Source: Lingula anatina (lineage: Eukaryota; Animalia; Brachiopoda). Taken from it: 64,000 nt of DNA. The translations under genes were made by a program, and so were the position numbers. The stretch is taken from positions 40,864,401 through 40,928,400 of the forward strand of contig CM120641.1 of assembly GCA_051362555.1 (NCBI GenBank), written 5' to 3'. This document shows, one piece after another, positions 61,899 to 64,000 of the stretch. Under the pieces are notes generated by a model. The model was not told where the DNA came from. It ran no database searches and saw only the letters and a list, made by a program, of their open reading frames with translations. Numbering within the stretch: position 1 is the first letter of the stretch; each line of letters opens with the position of its first letter.

Positions 61899-63994
61899 AT
61901 GTGGAGTGTCCTCTGCACTGTTATGTTTTTATCTGCTATCCAAATGCAGCTAAGCGTTGGTAGGTGAATATTTGTGCTTTTGAAGAATTTCTGAAATTGG
62001 AATTAGCATGATAAAATCCATTCGCTGCATACATTTTGATGAAAATTAGAAATAAGTAGTGTTAACATTGGGACCATTCCCAGACCCTATCTTACTAACT
62101 GTGGATCGAACTATTTCCGAGGGGATTCTCGCTAAATTGCAATCAACTTAAGCGGCTTAGACGTCTGTCACGCCTACTGAAGCTGCTACGGGGTATTTAA
62201 TTATCGTTTAGCAGCTTTAGTAGGCGTGCCAGACATCTAAGCCGCTTAATATAAGCTGAAAGCGAGAAAACCCCTCGGAAATGGATCGATCCTGTTAGAT
62301 CGATCTAGGTATGGGAACCCAGTCTAACACGTTATCTACTTTACAATAAAAGAGATCAACTCATGATTCGGATTCTCAACTAAGCCTATAATAGGAAGAG
62401 AGAATGTCTCTCTACGAGGAAAAGCCATGCAGTTCTTACGAACGCAATTTAAGAAAGTTCACCTTTAAATTTTTTTTACTATCTAATTGAAACACCATTA
62501 AGGGTCCACAGCAGACTACGGTTTCTACGAACATGGAGGCATTTGTATGTTTTCTAATCCAAGAAGTGAGGCTTATTCTGAAGCAGAAGGTATTTGCCAT
62601 GCCTTGGATATGGAAATGTTCAGAATGGACTCGGCTGAGATGAACGACTTGTTCTTCGAAACGGTGAATAGCACCGAGCTTACGTAAGTCTTTGGTTAGA
62701 GTTAAAATACCATATTTTATCGAAAAGACAAAAAAACGGAGGCAGATTAAAATTTAGCTACAAAGTTAAATATTTTCACAAAAAAAAAAAAATGACTTAA
62801 AACATGCATAAATGAGATAGTATTCGCGGCATTGCCTTGGATTGTGTAAATCAATTTGAATTTAAACATTTACAGGTATAATTCTACCTACTGGATAGGA
62901 CTGTACAGCAAGGAATGGGGGACAGGTAAATCACCGACGTGGGTATGGAGTGCTGGCAACGAAACTTTGGCGGGAGATGCTTGGACAAAATGGAGTAACT
63001 CTACAAATGGCGGCACTATGTATTATGGGCCGGGTGACAAGTGTGTTGCACTGGACGAGAAAGGGGAATGGATTGTTAAGGACTGCGGACAGTTTTCATA
63101 TTTCTTATGTACCAGAGGTGAGTAAAATAACCCGTGAACAGGCTTAAAATGTTAAAAGACACAGGGAGGGCGAGAATCACATATTATTATTATTATACGT
63201 GCAAAAAACATTTTACATCCGGCATAATTCATTAACTTCTTAATTTTTATATTGAAATAAGCCCCCAGCGCTATACACGACGATTACCCGTCTTGTCCGT
63301 GTGGCTATCACCAGTGGAGCGACTCCTGCTATCACGTCTCTGAGACGAGGGCGAGATTCGAAGAGGCAAATTTGATTTGTGAGGCCGAAGATGGCCATCT
63401 AGTCACCATCAATTCATATTTAGAAAACGACATGGTGCAATATTTTTCAAGGTGAAATTTCACAAATATATATTAATGTTCAGATATATTATAGCCAATT
63501 ACTCTCACTGGCTTCTTACATGATAAGTTAGAGTTTTTTTCGATTCGGATGTATTATTATTATTTGTAATATTTATTTATTTGTTTGTTTATTCATTCTA
63601 TTTTTATTTTCTATATTAACAATTTTTGTATTTCAAAGGAGTTGCAATGTATTGCCTCTCTGTCCTCAGTTTGACAATTCCGGGCGACCAATGGACTTCC
63701 ATATACTGGATTGGCTTTGCACAACTGACACCTACCGCACAGTGGGGTTGGGTAGATGCGAGTCCAGTTGATTGGACCATGTGGGATCAAGCACAACCTA
63801 TAGTGGCCGCTACAGTAGCGGACTGTGCTGCTGGAGCAGTAGGACAGAGTGGCCTTTGGGAGGCGTACCACTGCTGGCAGTACTTCCGTTTCATCTGCGA
63901 AAAAGCTGTCATCGGTATAAGATATCCTGTCTTTCATTGGTCCTTTTGGTTTACCATCTTCACCGCCATTTTCCTAAGTTTTGCCTCTCTGTAG
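61899..63994 (+). CDS. Secreted or membrane-anchored protein with two C-type lectin domains; exons 61899-61959, ~62503-62683, 62876-63117, 63262-63451, 63670-63994
   Basis: Signal peptide MWSVLCTVMFLSAIQMQLSV; YWIGL...C...W...C...FLC and CP..Y.QWSDSCY...A..IC....GHLVTI...YWIG...W.W.D...C...W...C...FICE patterns; hydrophobic C-terminal tail. Confidence 0.85.
62070..62324. mobile_element. MITE family A copy 4, fully palindromic variant, in lectin intron 1
   Basis: Shares GCTAAATTGCA, GCGGCTTA, CGCCTACT.AAGCTG and GGGGTA.TTAA.TAT blocks with copies 1-3; the two halves are near-perfect reverse complements. Confidence 0.7.
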
Positions 63995-64000
63995 TCTTCT

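Overview
AT-rich, intron-dense animal genomic DNA. An invertebrate bilaterian is likely; the TGACCTTGACC-type Helentron repeats suggest a lophotrochozoan such as a mollusc (inference). Nine spliced protein-coding loci were reconstructed by hand from splice sites and recognisable protein motifs: the 3' end of a spinster-like MFS transporter (+), MGME1 (-), SNX6/SNX5-family sorting nexin (+), CCDC175-like coiled-coil protein (-), PIGH (-, only its first exon appears in the ORF track), CFAP36 (+), PPP4R3/SMEK (-), bicistronic MOCS1A/MOCS1B (+) and a two-domain C-type lectin (+). Mobile DNA comprises a 2.5-kb Helentron-associated element carrying 146-bp satellite arrays, a four-copy Tourist/Harbinger-like MITE family, a second MITE and an L2/CR1 LINE relic. 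The most notable observations are: a degenerate type I hammerhead ribozyme within a ~165-nt structured retrozyme/Penelope-like insert in the sense strand of a CCDC175 intron; a MOCS1 3' splice site present in four tandem copies with different coding outcomes; the MOCS1A stop-bypass splice architecture; gene pairs that match human neighbours (MGME1-SNX5/6, CFAP36-PPP4R3); and a dense TAGGCCTA palindrome cluster in the PPP4R3-MOCS1 divergent promoter region. No rRNA, tRNA or CRISPR array was seen. All homology calls are from memory of the families, not from database searches.
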